From Paraspadella gotoi (Eukaryota > Animalia > Chaetognatha), in assembly GCA_051294375.1 (NCBI GenBank), contig CM119267.1, forward strand, positions 14,191,694 to 14,255,693: 64,000 nt of DNA. The letters are read 5' to 3'. The notes under the pieces are model-generated. The model saw nothing but the letters and a program-made list of their open reading frames with translations. It was not told where the DNA came from and did not search any database. Shown here piece by piece: positions 52,217 through 64,000 of this stretch (position 1 is the stretch's first letter; every line of letters starts with the position of its first letter). The translations under genes and the position numbers were made by a program.

Positions 52217-55200
52217 ATGGCCGAAGACTTTAAAAAAAGGGAACGCCCTAAAGGAATATTTGGAGTCGCGAAAAAACACTCCTGGTTTTCGGTCGAAGGA
52301 GACGATTGGAGTTCCGATGATTCCGATGACGACTTTCATCCTATTCGCGGGGGAGGTGCTGTCAGCGGTTCCGACTCGGAGGACGGTGGCGATCAAAAAC
52401 GTAATCCCTCCGCCAATGAAAGGTGGCGCCGACGGCGGTCATCCGGGAACAATCCAGACGAAGTGTCTAGCGACTCTAACGTTGTCTCGCGTCGTAAGCG
52501 ACAACCCGCGAAACGCCAGAGCAGCGATTCCGAATCTCCGTCGAGAGCATCTAGAAAGAGAAACGTTCCGCGCAAATCGTACGCCGAAGATAGCGACGAT
52601 AGCTCCAACGGGCGAAACACCGGTAGACCTCAGTCTGGTAAACGAGGAGGCTCTCGTCGTTCGAGCGAGTCCGAAGATTTTGAGGCGACGCTCGGCGTCG
52701 AATCTGATGATCTAGAGACCGCGACCGTCAAGAAAAAGAAAACTCGAAAGAAAAAGGTATCAGCCGTTCGAGCGAAAAAGGTGGATTTAACCTCGGACGA
52801 CGATGACGATTTTGACGGCGACGACAGCGATGAGTATCGGCCAACGAAAAAAATCAAACGAGCAAAACGGGTCAAGAGCCGATCGAACGCCCCAAATGCG
52901 CGCGTGCCAAAAAAACTTCGACCCGACGTAAAGACGAAACGACGAAAAAGGAGCACGCCCAAAGACGCCGCCTCTCCTTTAGTTTTTGAAGTGACTAGGT
53001 CGAACGAGAAATCTGAGGGCGACGATAACTCGGCGTTGCCACGGGATAAATTGATGCAGGGTTGGAAATGGGCTCATCGTTTACCTCTCCACGTTTTGGT
53101 CAACATCTTTCAGATGGTCGTTGACGCAGAAGGAGCCATTCCTTTCTTGCTACATGCCGAACAGGTACAACTAGAGCGAGTCTATTGTGTACTGAATATG
53201 AATAATCTTCTTTGTCGATAGATTAGCCCCGTTTGGGACTCAGCGGCTCAAACCGATTCACTTTGGCGTAAAGTGGATCTCACCGGAGGTTGGGCGAACT
53301 TAGATATTAAGAAGTTTACTAAACTATGCAGGTCGTGGGAGTTTTAATTCAGAAACGACTAATGTAATTTCTAATAAAAGGTCTATACCCCAGAAACCAA
53401 TTTGGATCGCTTGAAGAACTCGTTCTTCCTTCTTCCTTGTTCGTCAACGACGCCGTTGCTGCGTTGGCCGCTCATTGCTCATCGACGCTCGAGTCTCTAT
53501 CTCTTCCGGGTTGCCGGAAGCTCAAGGAGACTGTGGCCGTCAAACATATTCCAACCTCGTTTCCCCGCCTCAGAGCGGTCGACCTTTCCGACCTCAATCA
53601 GCCGCGGGGTCTTAAGACGATAGTGCAGGGCTTCGGAGAACGCCTGGTCTCCCTCAATATTTCCAGGAACGTCATTCCAAGTTTTCCCGGTCTATTTCAG
53701 GTCATTTGGTGAGAAAATTCGCTTCTTGAGTTTTGGCTTTAGGACAATTTAATCATTTGTTTTTTCCCCTCAGGCCGTCGTTGCTCATAGCCCTTCTTTA
53801 GAGGTTTTGGATATTTCCAACATACACGGCGGCAGCGTTCTTTCCCTAAAAATTTCTAACTTTCAGAAAAGTTGTCCGAAAATGAGAACGCTGAGAATGG
53901 CCGGGTGGATATTAAATTCTACCGATACTCGAGGTTAATAGTACATATTACGTAATTTATGTAAAGTTAAATCAATTGTTGCTTTTTAAATTTAACTGAA
54001 AATCTGTCATTAACAGAGGAAATAGCCTGTATGCGCGGATTCAGTCGTCTAGAAGACTTATCGTTAGCTCAGGCGAATTCTTCGTCAGTCTTGGCCGCCC
54101 ACCGTCTGAACGCTTCAGACAACAACGTTCTCCGCCTTTTGCTCGCCGCCTCTGATGACCTTCGCGTCCTCGACATTCGAGGTGTTCGTGGGCTCACCGC
54201 TTCCGGTTTGGACGTTTCTCTCCTTGGGCCACCCATAAATTCCTTCATTACTAAAGCCCCGCAGTTACGGCATCTCTTTTGGTCTGGCGTCAGCAAGACC
54301 GACATCTCCAAAGCTTGTCCGCTAGGTGAGCCTACAGAAAATTTTAAATAGATATATTCATTATATAGAATATAGATGCTTAAAAGAAACGGCTTGAGTC
54401 GGTTATTAATTAGTGTTACGTAAGTTGCGGTGGTTTAAGGTGGTTAATGTTAGGATAGTTAATTATTTTTACTAGGTTTTTTCTGTGTAATAAATTTTTT
54501 ATAATTTGTCACTCATAAGAAGCGAAAATCCTAGTCGGTGAATGTATAATTAATTTTTTTCTTATGTAAGCTAAATATGACTTTTAAAAAATTTTAATAA
54601 TTTGAGTTTTTTATACTCTACAATGTTTGCTCTATTTGAATAGTACCTTATATGCTGCAAAAATCGCCATTTCCGACAAAGAAGATGAAAATATACAAAA
54701 AAATTGTTATCAACATCGAATTCTACAGACTTGATTACCTTATTCGTTTTGTTATTTTTAAATGCCCTAATTTACATTTAATATAAAAAGAAAAAGAAGC
54801 ATAATCAATTAGTGAAACAGGTTTTTTTGTTTTTTAAAGTTTAATCTCATTTCCATCGAAACTTGATTTCCAGCTTAATCACGTACATTCCTACCCACAT
54901 ACAGAATTGGCGTGCAAATAGTGAAATATATTTTTTTTCCATTTAAACTCATTTCCAGTCTTTTTTTTGTCAGTATCAAACTCGTAATATTAAGCATCGC
55001 AGTCGCGCATGTTATCATTTTGTCATATTTCGTTTTTCTCTTTCCTTCATACTCTCTCTTCTTCTATAGTTTTTTATTTATACTTATAATATATATTTAT
55101 TTATATATTAAGCCAAGTTAGGTATAAATCTTAGTTTTCCTATATCTAATTTGATTTTTTTAGTATCAAAGTTTGTCATTGGTCCATATTTTTAGTCAGA

Positions 55201-56108
55201 TCTGCTTATTAGCAGATCCAGACTCTATAATTCACTTTGTCGGTCCGCAGCCTCAATATTGTCGGGCATTCACTTATATAATGTCAGAACATCGAATTAT
55301 GATAAATTATGTCCCTCCGTCCGTCAGTCCAATAGCAAAAAACACTAATTACTCGTGATTGGATGGATGGATTGGAATGAAATTTTGTGTGGAATCGTGG
55401 AAATGAGTTTAAATAGAAAAATAGAAATAAAAAAACCTGTTTCACTAATTGATTGATTGATCTTTTTCTTTTTATATTAAATGTAAATGCAAGATGTATT
55501 AATTAATCAAATTGTAATAAAAAGTCAATTAATTAATCAATAATTAATTAATCAGTCAATTATTCAATAAAAAACATTACGCATCTAAAATTAATCATTA
55601 AATAATTTGATTAATCGTGGACATTGTTTGCTCAAACTTGTTTTTATGTGATTGTGATTGCTTGATTTTTTAACTTGAAATTAAAGCGAAATATAAAATC
55701 TTAAATAGAATACTTCAGTTTAACTAAGATAAACTTGTAAAAAAATTTTTAACACTTTAAAACTTAATTTTTTTAGGAAGCGACATGGATTTCCGTCAAC
55801 TTCTCACGTCGCTTCGTGACACTCTCTCGACCCTTGACTTAAGTCAAAACGTTTACCCACCCTCTCATCTCAATGCATTTTGCTCAGCTTTCGAGCGAGG
55901 CTACCTTGAAGGAGACGCGGGCCCGCCTCTGGCCGACCTCAACCTCAGCAGTACTAACGTGGAAGAGGATCACGTCAGGCGTCTACTCACCGCCTGCCCC
56001 GCGCTCGTAACTCTCAATCTGGCAGGATGTCGGGCTTTGCCCAGAGAGATGAAAAAACTTTTTGACGGACAGAATTTGGCGGCCTTAAAAAAAGACTTGA
56101 GTCGATAA
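52217..56108 (+). CDS. FBXL6: F-box/LRR-repeat protein 6-like with long charged N-terminal region; 6 exons
   Basis: Exons 52217-53164, 53222-53331, 53394-53700, 53774-53933, 54017-54325, 55777-56108. F-box WAHRLPLHVLVNIFQMVVDAEGAIPFL...LWRKVDL; LRRs ending LNLAGCRALPREMK. Confidence 0.8.
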
Positions 56109-56278
56109 ACTCGACAGTTCTTTTTCTTCATCATTATTCATGAAATACGTTTAGTACGTTTATCTTTCTTTACAGAAAATATAACATTTTTTAGATTACC
56201 CTAGATGTGGCTTTATTAAAATTTAATGGGGAAATATATTTTAACAAATGTAATTTTAAAAATATATCGAGAACAATA

Positions 56279-57019
56279 TTTTTATCGTCGCAATCGCTAA
56301 GCGTTTGCGACGATATTGTATCGCTTTTGCCCATAAGTGGCGTCGTCGTCGTCGTCGTCGTTGTTGTCGTCGGCGTTCCAAATTATAGATTGTGGCAGCA
56401 AGACTTAAAGCTGCCTCACTGCTGTCCGTCCTCAGCCTCGTCTCAATGGCTGAGCAGGCTAAATCATCTCATTCCATCCGTGCGTCCCGGGTTCAATCCC
56501 TGGGTATCTCGGTTCTGGCTTAAATGTGACGGTGCCGGTATAAACATGCCAGTGACAGGAGGCGGTCACTGAGGGTCCGCAGCCCCTACGCGTATCACAG
56601 GCTATCCCCCCGTTGCCATAAGATCGCCTTTTTTATGATTAAATTTGGGTGTGTGAAGCTGAAAATTTATATACAGCTTCTCATCATCGATGTGCATAAA
56701 TTAAAATTGAGTCTGGACAGTTATTAAATATGTTTTGTTTTACGTTTTATCAAACAAACAAATTTTCTCTCTTTTATTTTCATATTTCTTTCTCTTTCTC
56801 TTTTAATTACATGTCTCTCTCCCTCTCTCTTTTCCCTAGTCACTGATTTATAATCATAGGGGAAAAAAACGAGCCTGCAGCTGGCTCTGCAGGGGCTTAT
56901 TCTTTTTCTCTTTCTCCTGCTGCTTCTGCTGCTGCCTTTTGAGTCTGCAGCTGGATCTGCAGTGGCTCTTTCTTTTCTCTCTTTTCTCCTGCTGCTTCTG
57001 CTGCTGCATTTTGATTTTT

Positions 57020-57053
<34 letters not shown>

Positions 57054-57328
57054 GTTTTTATTAAAAAAAAAAAATTGAATTAGGATTGAATTCGTAAAAT
57101 TAGGCATCGCATTCGTGCATGTTATCATTTTGCTATTTTTTAGAAACTGTAACTTTAATTTTCTTCCGTACTTTATTATTTTTTTTTATTGACAATCGCA
57201 AAATAGAATTTTTCTTTGTTTATAATTTAATTTTTTTTTTCAAATTTTCTTTTTTTTAGTATCAAAATTTGTCGACAATCCAGATTTTTTTATGCTATTG
57301 CGACGATCCTTATGCTTTTAAGATTTTT
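56279..57328 (+). mobile_element. HINE/DINE-like element, copy 3, interrupted by a 230-bp insertion
   Basis: TTTTTATCGTCGCAATCGCTAAGCGTTTGCGACGATA 5' palindrome, expanded (GTC)n, 3' ATTGCGACGATCCTTATGCTTTTAAGATTTTT; a 3' fragment also lies at about 54990-55195. Confidence 0.72.
56391..56620 (+). mobile_element. 230-bp solo-LTR-like element with tRNA-like promoter and AGAT target duplication
   Basis: AGAT|TGTGGCAGC...GTTGCCATA|AGAT; the uninterrupted host copies read AATTATAGATCGCC with a single AGAT. A box TGGCTGAGCAGG, B box GGTTCAATCCC. Confidence 0.8.
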
Positions 57329-58234
57329 ATTATTAGTTAGGAAATTTAGGAAATTTAACAAATTTTACTAAAATTTGTTATAAATTTTTTTTTCTATTTA
57401 AAAATTATTTTTTAATATGAAAGTATTTCATTTTTGTCCGTGATAATTTTTTGTATTTAGAAAATAAAATATTTTTAACTGTAGTGTTATTGTTTGACTT
57501 TTTTACAACTATTTTTGTTCACATTTTATTCGTTACTTATTTGTTTTGACCCTTTTTCAATCACTTCAGATGCACTGAAAGTGCATTTTCCTGGCGATTG
57601 TCGCCTTGAAAACAATCGTCGGGGAAAAAATTCTTGTTTTTAACCGCTGCTTGGATTCGCGGGGCCTTTTGTGTTGTTCTCCCCATATCCGTGAATGGAG
57701 AACAATAGTCGCTCCATGAATGGGTTTTTTTTTTGTCAACGTCGCTCAGAATTTGTGTCGAAGGTCCGGTATAAACAACAAAAAATATTCTCGTTATTAT
57801 TTCTCTCCCAGAAAAGTCGGAGAGAATAATTGACCATTTGCTCTAGCTCGAAAACGACGCCAACCAAAAAACATTCCTAATTCTTTTCGCGGAATACCAC
57901 GACAGTATTCTGATCTTGCTTGATTTTTATACTTCCGAAATGTTTAACCAAAGTGCCTAGAACTTGCTAAAGCAAAATGAGATATAAAAATCAAAATATG
58001 TAACCAAATTACTAATGCTCTCAAGCCAAACTCTCTTGTTTAATCAATCTTCGCCATAAAATTAACTTTATCATATTCCCTTATTATGATTCATGAAAAC
58101 CGATTAAGACCGATCCTCTTGGAACTACAAGCATAAAGTCCCATTAATCCTGCCTCTCTTGTCCGGAACAAATTACTTCTAATATATTTATTACATTTTT
58201 TGTAAAAATAATAAAAATACAACCGACGCTTAAA

Positions 58235-61200
58235 ATGAAAATCGTGAATTCAGAGAGCGAATTCATGGAGTCGCCCTTGGTTACTTGGGCGCAGACAATC
58301 TCGACGGCCACTACTGGCCACACGCTCGAATATTTAGACTTTGCTAACGGAGTTTTCATGAATAACGTTATGGAGACCATCGACGCTCGCTTCGTCACTT
58401 CCAGCGTTCACGACCCTGTCGAGGATGTTCAAATGAGGCTCCAAAATCTTGACGCGCTTTTAAAGAACATCAAATTTTTTTACCACGAAGTTCTCAAACA
58501 ATGGATCGTCATGGGCCTGCCGAATATCGTCAAGATCGCCCGTTGCCCGACGAAGGAGTGTGGCGAATTGCAAAAGCTCCTCTTACTTATCTTAGGATGC
58601 GCAGTACAGTGCGAGGGAAAGGAAGCCTTCGTCCAGAACATCACTCAACTGGATATCGCCACGCAGACGGCGATTGTCGGTCACATAAAAGAGATAACTG
58701 ACAACACGGAGAACGTGTTTTACGTGCCTTGGTCGACTCTGTCCGACGTTCCTCCTGACCAAATGGAGGAAGTGTCGCACGCGCTCATTTCTCACCTCAA
58801 GAAACTAATCGTCGAGCGAGACGACTACTTGGAACTGCTGACGGAATACGTTCAGGAGATCGCATCCCTTCACACTGCGTCTACTTCTACTCCTTCCGGA
58901 CTCTCTCCAAAAAAATCCTCTACGGTCGGCGAGAACGGCGGGGAAAAACATCGCCTGGGTGTTGAACTGGCCGACTGCAAAGCTAAATTACGGCGCGCGC
59001 GTCAAGAATTGGAAGAAAAAAGTGAAACAGTCGTCGAGTTGAAGGAGGAGTTGCAGGAGAAGTCTTCACTCTACGCCAAAGTTAGACAGGACAACCTCGA
59101 GCTGACGCAAGAGGCGCGTGCCGCGCGCACCTATCGCGACGAGTTGGACATTTTACGTGAAAAAGCGTGCAGAGTCGACAAATTGGATCTGGAGATAAAT
59201 CGTTACAAGGAGAAGCTCAACGAGTTGGATTACTACCGCGCCCGCGTTGAGGAGTTGAGAGAGGATAACGTGGTGCTATTGGAGACGAGATCCATGCTCG
59301 AGGATCAATTAGCGACGTCACACTCGCGCCTTAAAGGGCTTGTCGACTTGGAGAACGACCTAGTTCAGACCAAGGATAAGCTCGTCAGGCTAGAAAATGA
59401 AAGGGAAGATCAGCGCGAGCGCATCACCGAGTTGGTGGCTGAAGTCACCAAGCTCGAGAGCGAGAAGAATCTCTCTATGAGCGAAAGTAACAGCTTGGGT
59501 AAGGAGCTTGACGAACTGAAGTCAGGACTCGGCGATGCCACGTCGTCCTGGAGCCTGTCCGATCAGATTCACGAGTCTGCCAACGCCAAGATCCATCGCC
59601 TTGAGCTCGAGAATCAGCGCCTGTCCTCGTCCCTCGAAAAACTTCGCAAGGACAACGAGGCTCTGAATGCTCTGCACAAGACGGAGGGGGAGACGCAGGC
59701 ACGGAGGGTCTCCGAAGTAGAAAGAGAGAACCATCGTCTTGCCGCCAAGATCAGTAAACTTCAGGATGACTCTGCATCAGAGGGTCGCCGTACGATAGAC
59801 TTGGAGGGATCAAAAGCGCAGTTGATCAAGGAACAGCGTGACCTCCATCAGACCATCGACACGATCCGGGAAAACACAGATCGCCAGATCGCCGAGCTGG
59901 AACGCGAGAATCAGAGTTTGTCACAAATGATCTCAACTTTACGGGAGAGAAACGAAAAATCGGAAGAATCGAAAACGAAAGAGTTAGAAAAAGAGAACGA
60001 GCGATATTCAGAGATGGTTCGAGAGTGGAGAAACAAGGCGTCCATCCTCGAAGGTGAAAACCGAAGCCTCAACAGGGAGATTAACGCGCTGAAGGAAATT
60101 GTCGATCAGTGTGCCGAAAAGGATAAAGAAAAGTGTACGTTAGAACTGAAGGTCGTTGAGTTGAACCGGGAGATGGCGACTCTACAACTCACTTGCGGTA
60201 ACATTGAATCTTTGGAGACGGAGAACGCCGACCTTCGATTCGATAATCAGAGATTGCGAAAGGAACTTGCCAACGTGGAGAATGCTGCGTCTCGATCAGC
60301 GGCGACGGAAGAGACGTTGGTCGCCCTCAAGGTGGAGAACCAACGATTGGCGCGAAACCTTGAGGCGCACAAGGAGAAGGCCGACCATCTTATCAACGAT
60401 TTGGAGCATAGAAAGGAAGAGATCGAGAATGAAAATCAGAATTTGAAAAAGCACTATGAGGCGGAGAAGCGTAGAGTGGAAACCGTACAGGATTTGGAAG
60501 CCAAGCTGCAGCAGCTCGATCTGATCAATCGCAAGATGCAGAGGGAGTTGGATCTTAGCGCCAAAAAATTGGAGAACATAGAAAAGGAGAATCAAGACTA
60601 TGAGAGGGAGAATGAGAATCTGATGAAGACGATAGAGACGCTCAAGTCGTCGGTCAACAACTTAGACGCCCTGGAGAGAGATTTTTCCGAGATGCAAGAA
60701 GAGCGGAACAACTTGCAAGCTCAAGTAAAAGCGATGGAAAAAGAAAGTAAAAGGATGAAATCGGCTCTGGCTATCAAAGAATCAACGATTGATGAAAACC
60801 TTGCTCGGATATCAGGTAAAAATCATTTGCGTTAAAAATATTATTTTACTTCTTGATAGTGCTGCGAGTAGCTCTTTTTTGATCGAAGCTTACGATTAAT
60901 TAGTTATTTTTAAAATATTTTCTAATATATTGGTTAGTTTTTAGTGACAGATAAATTTGGTATTTTTTCCGATTACTTCATTACTTTTTATATTAATCAC
61001 ACTACAACAATTTTGCTTTTCTTACTTACAGCCATCGAGCGCGAAATACGAGTTCTTCGCAAAAACGAAGACAGACGCAAAGACATTGAAATAAAAGTGA
61101 AGGAGTTGGAGCAGGAGAACCAGGAATTGATCGTCGAAAACGGTTCCGATAAGAAAACGTTATCCGCCCTTCGTGAAGAACTTGTCAACGAAAAAATCCG

Positions 61201-64000
61201 TACCCAACAGCTCTCCAACGAGTTGGAGCAACTTACAGCGGAATTGGAGAGGGTTGGATTAACTAAAGAACGTCTCGTCGCCAGACAAGAGGACGAAAAG
61301 CTGACGGCGATGACGACCATGATGGACGACGCCTACAAGAGGAGTCTGGAACTAAAGGAGGACAAGATCAAAGCACTCGAGGAGAAACTCGATGAGTTTT
61401 CCGGAAACGACGAAAGGCTACGGCAAGAGTTGCGTCAAGTCAAGGCTCAATTGGAAGAGGTTTCGAGGAAGGCCGGAGCTGAAAAAGAGGCCGGGGTTCT
61501 TTCCCGCGATCGCCCGGGTTCCGTCATGATTAACGCCAAGGAGACCGTCAGGGCGCAGAGGGAGTTGTTGCAACTTAAAGATCGCTTAGTGGAATTAGAG
61601 CGAATTAACGCCTCCTTGGCTGCGGAAAAAACGTCCAACGCGACGCAAATGAATTATCTTAAGGAACAACTGGAGTCAACGGTCGGCTCCTCTTCGAATC
61701 TTCACTCCCAGCTATCTTCTTTACAATCCCATAACGCCGCATTGCAAGCAGAAAACGCCAAGATTCAAGTTGAAACAGCCACAGCTAAATCGCAAACTTC
61801 TTCCCTGATGTCTACCAAAATCGAGCTTTCTTCGAAGTTGTCGGCTGCGGAGACGCGCCTCTCTGTTCTCTTGAGCGAAAGGGATGACCTTAATTCATCC
61901 CACGAGATTCTTCTTAGCGATCACGAAGCGCTGACGACTCTCCACGAGCAGTTGACTCGCGAGTACGACCAGCTGACGGATGAAAACACCATGTTGAAGA
62001 CCAAGGGAAAACTACTGCGGTCGGAAATCAAAGAATTGCAGGAAAAATACGATGAGTTGGTCAAAGCTAAGGAAGAGGTGGACGCGCTTAAGACCTCGTT
62101 GGAACAAGAGAGAGATGCGATTAAACGACAATCCTTTGCTCTTCGCACGTTGCCTGAAGATTACGACTATCTACAACAAGAAGTGCAAAAATTGTCCGAT
62201 GGTAAGATTTTCATTCTCTTTAGAATATGTTCTATATCTGTCATGTATTTGTCAAAAAACAAAGTATTTCGAGTTGTTAGGTTTTTAGATATAGGGTGTA
62301 CTAATCTACCAATGCTTATTATTTATTATTCAGAAAAAACGTTTCTTGGCGAGGAGCTCAAGCGCATCCAAAGCGAGGCTGCCAATGCCAAGGGCGAGCA
62401 TCATTCTCTGCAGATAGAGTATACGAAGCTTCAGGGGGAGTACCAAAACTACAAAAACATCTACGACGAAATGGATATTCAGTTGCACAAAATTGCAAGC
62501 AAGTGTGAAACTCTAGAAACGGCAAACGATCGTTTGGAAGACGACAATCGCAACCTGATGATTCAGCTTCAAACGATGATCACACAAAACGCGGAACTGT
62601 TACAAACGACTCTTTCCAACAAAGATGTTTATCACGAAGAGGAGCGTCAAATGATAGAGCGTCTCAACGCCCTACAGCGGCAAAAGGAAAAGTTAGAGGA
62701 GAAGATAATGGCGCAATATCGAGAAAAGACGCCGAAAAAGTCCAAGGGAATCGGAGCGACTTTGGTACGAAAGGCACGTCAAGTAATTAGTCGCAAGCCT
62801 CGCAGTCGAAGCAAGGATGGTGTCAAGTACAAGGATAGTGAAGGTAGCGGCGCCGAGAGTGACGCAAAGAGCAAGCGCCCCGAATCCTTGGCGTCCTCGC
62901 CTTGGTCCATGCGTGTCCGTACCCCGTCGGTTGAATCCCCGTCCCCGAGAAACTCTTCCGGTCTCGGTTTCCACCAGCGGAAATTGGCGTCGTCTACTAA
63001 CGCACTTAACGTAATGAGCGTCGGAAAAGCCTATCATCAATCGATACCCAGGTCGAACGAGTCGCGAATGTATAGATCCTCCGAAAACGTTCTTGACTCT
63101 TCTCTCTACGACAATTCTCCGCGCGATGATTACGACCTCAACAACCATCACTACGACGTGATAGAAAGCGTTCATCCGGCGAACCTAAATACGGAGATTC
63201 GGCCGCCGGATACGTCTTCCTACGCGTCGGGTGACGCTGGGAGCGGGGACGGGTGCCAGGAATTTCCCGTTCCTAAAGAGGCGCCCATTAGCCGTCCCAA
63301 TTCATCGCGGGCGTCCTCTCACGGCAGCTCCAGCATCTCGGAAGAGACAGCGGGCACCGGAGCTTCGGAGGAAAAACGTGCGTCTCGAATTCCCTTCTCG
63401 ACTCCGGAGCACGCCGCCGCTGCCTCACCCTCGTCATCCCAAGCCAGCTTCCCGACGCAAAATTCGTCGCCGTCGTCCCAGGCCGACTCTCGTGCCCGCA
63501 AACCAAGTTCTCCGGGCAAGGAGTTGCTCAGCCTGCAGCAATTCCTGGCCGAGTCGGAAAAGACTCCTCGTACGAACAAAACGAGAAACTTTGTGTTCTG
63601 CGAGGAAAGCCCTGTCGACGTTGGCCAATCTGCGCCCGACGTGAGGCGAAGGAACGGGCTTCCGCCGCAGAACAGTTTGGATTCCAAATTTGCCTCCTCG
63701 GACGGTCCCGAAGTCAAGGGTCTTAATTACTACAGTTCTACCCTTTCCCGGAGGACGGAGCAGTCGATGAGCCATCCCCGTCCCAAGTCTACCTTTGAAT
63801 TAACCTCCCCAAAGTCTTTGTCCATGGACGCGGACAACCTCAACGGAAACCAGGCTTCCTCTCATGAGCGCCATCGTAACGGCGTTGATTTGAACGATTC
63901 CTCGCCTTCCAATACGTCTTACGCGGAATCTAAATTTTCCACGCTCGACAATCGTAAGAAAGGCACTGGCCCGCCGTCGGTGGCCTTGCGCCATGGCCCT
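58235..64000 (+). CDS. CCDC88: CCDC88 family (Girdin/Daple-like), runs off the window
   Basis: Exons 58235-60815, 61032-62201, 62334->64000. HOOK domain FMESPLVTW, LLLLILGCAVQC; YRDELDILREKA; LREELVNEK; QKEKLEEKIMAQY; GBA-like motif at 63497-63562. Confidence 0.93.

Noticed and set aside
62693-63994. Several antisense and alternate-frame ORFs at the window end
   Set aside because: Shadows of the GC-rich CCDC88 exon, whose true frame stays open beyond the window.

Overview
Eukaryotic (animal, most likely invertebrate) genomic DNA with GT-AG introns, AT-rich non-coding DNA and many (CT/GA)n microsatellites; I see no prokaryotic features. Left half (1-31.6 kb): the last exon of a Mesh/SUSD2-like gene, then a complete 19-exon Mesh/SUSD2-like paralog (NIDO-IPT-AMOP-VWD-Sushi-TM) whose intron 9 carries a same-strand nested gene for a membrane-anchored HHxxxDG acyltransferase, a small CYSTM-type gene and an intron-rich, apparently tail-less alpha-tubulin. 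Right half (32.5-64 kb): ten co-oriented housekeeping genes (TTC27, PUS3-like, MTREX, SNX25, PSMG3, SMIM20, ABHD14, TALPID3-like, FBXL6, CCDC88). The first nine are separated by only 8-410 bp, and most have an unpaired splice acceptor just before the ATG. This is the main finding: a candidate eukaryotic operon system resolved by spliced-leader trans-splicing, including a case where a stop codon doubles as the acceptor. Also notable: short TG...CA elements with 4-bp target duplications and an internal tRNA-like promoter, Helentron-like non-autonomous elements, a 47-bp perfect inverted repeat, and a G-alpha-binding (GBA) motif in the CCDC88 tail. Gene models were assembled by hand from splice signals and frame continuity; family assignments rest on remembered motifs, not database searches.
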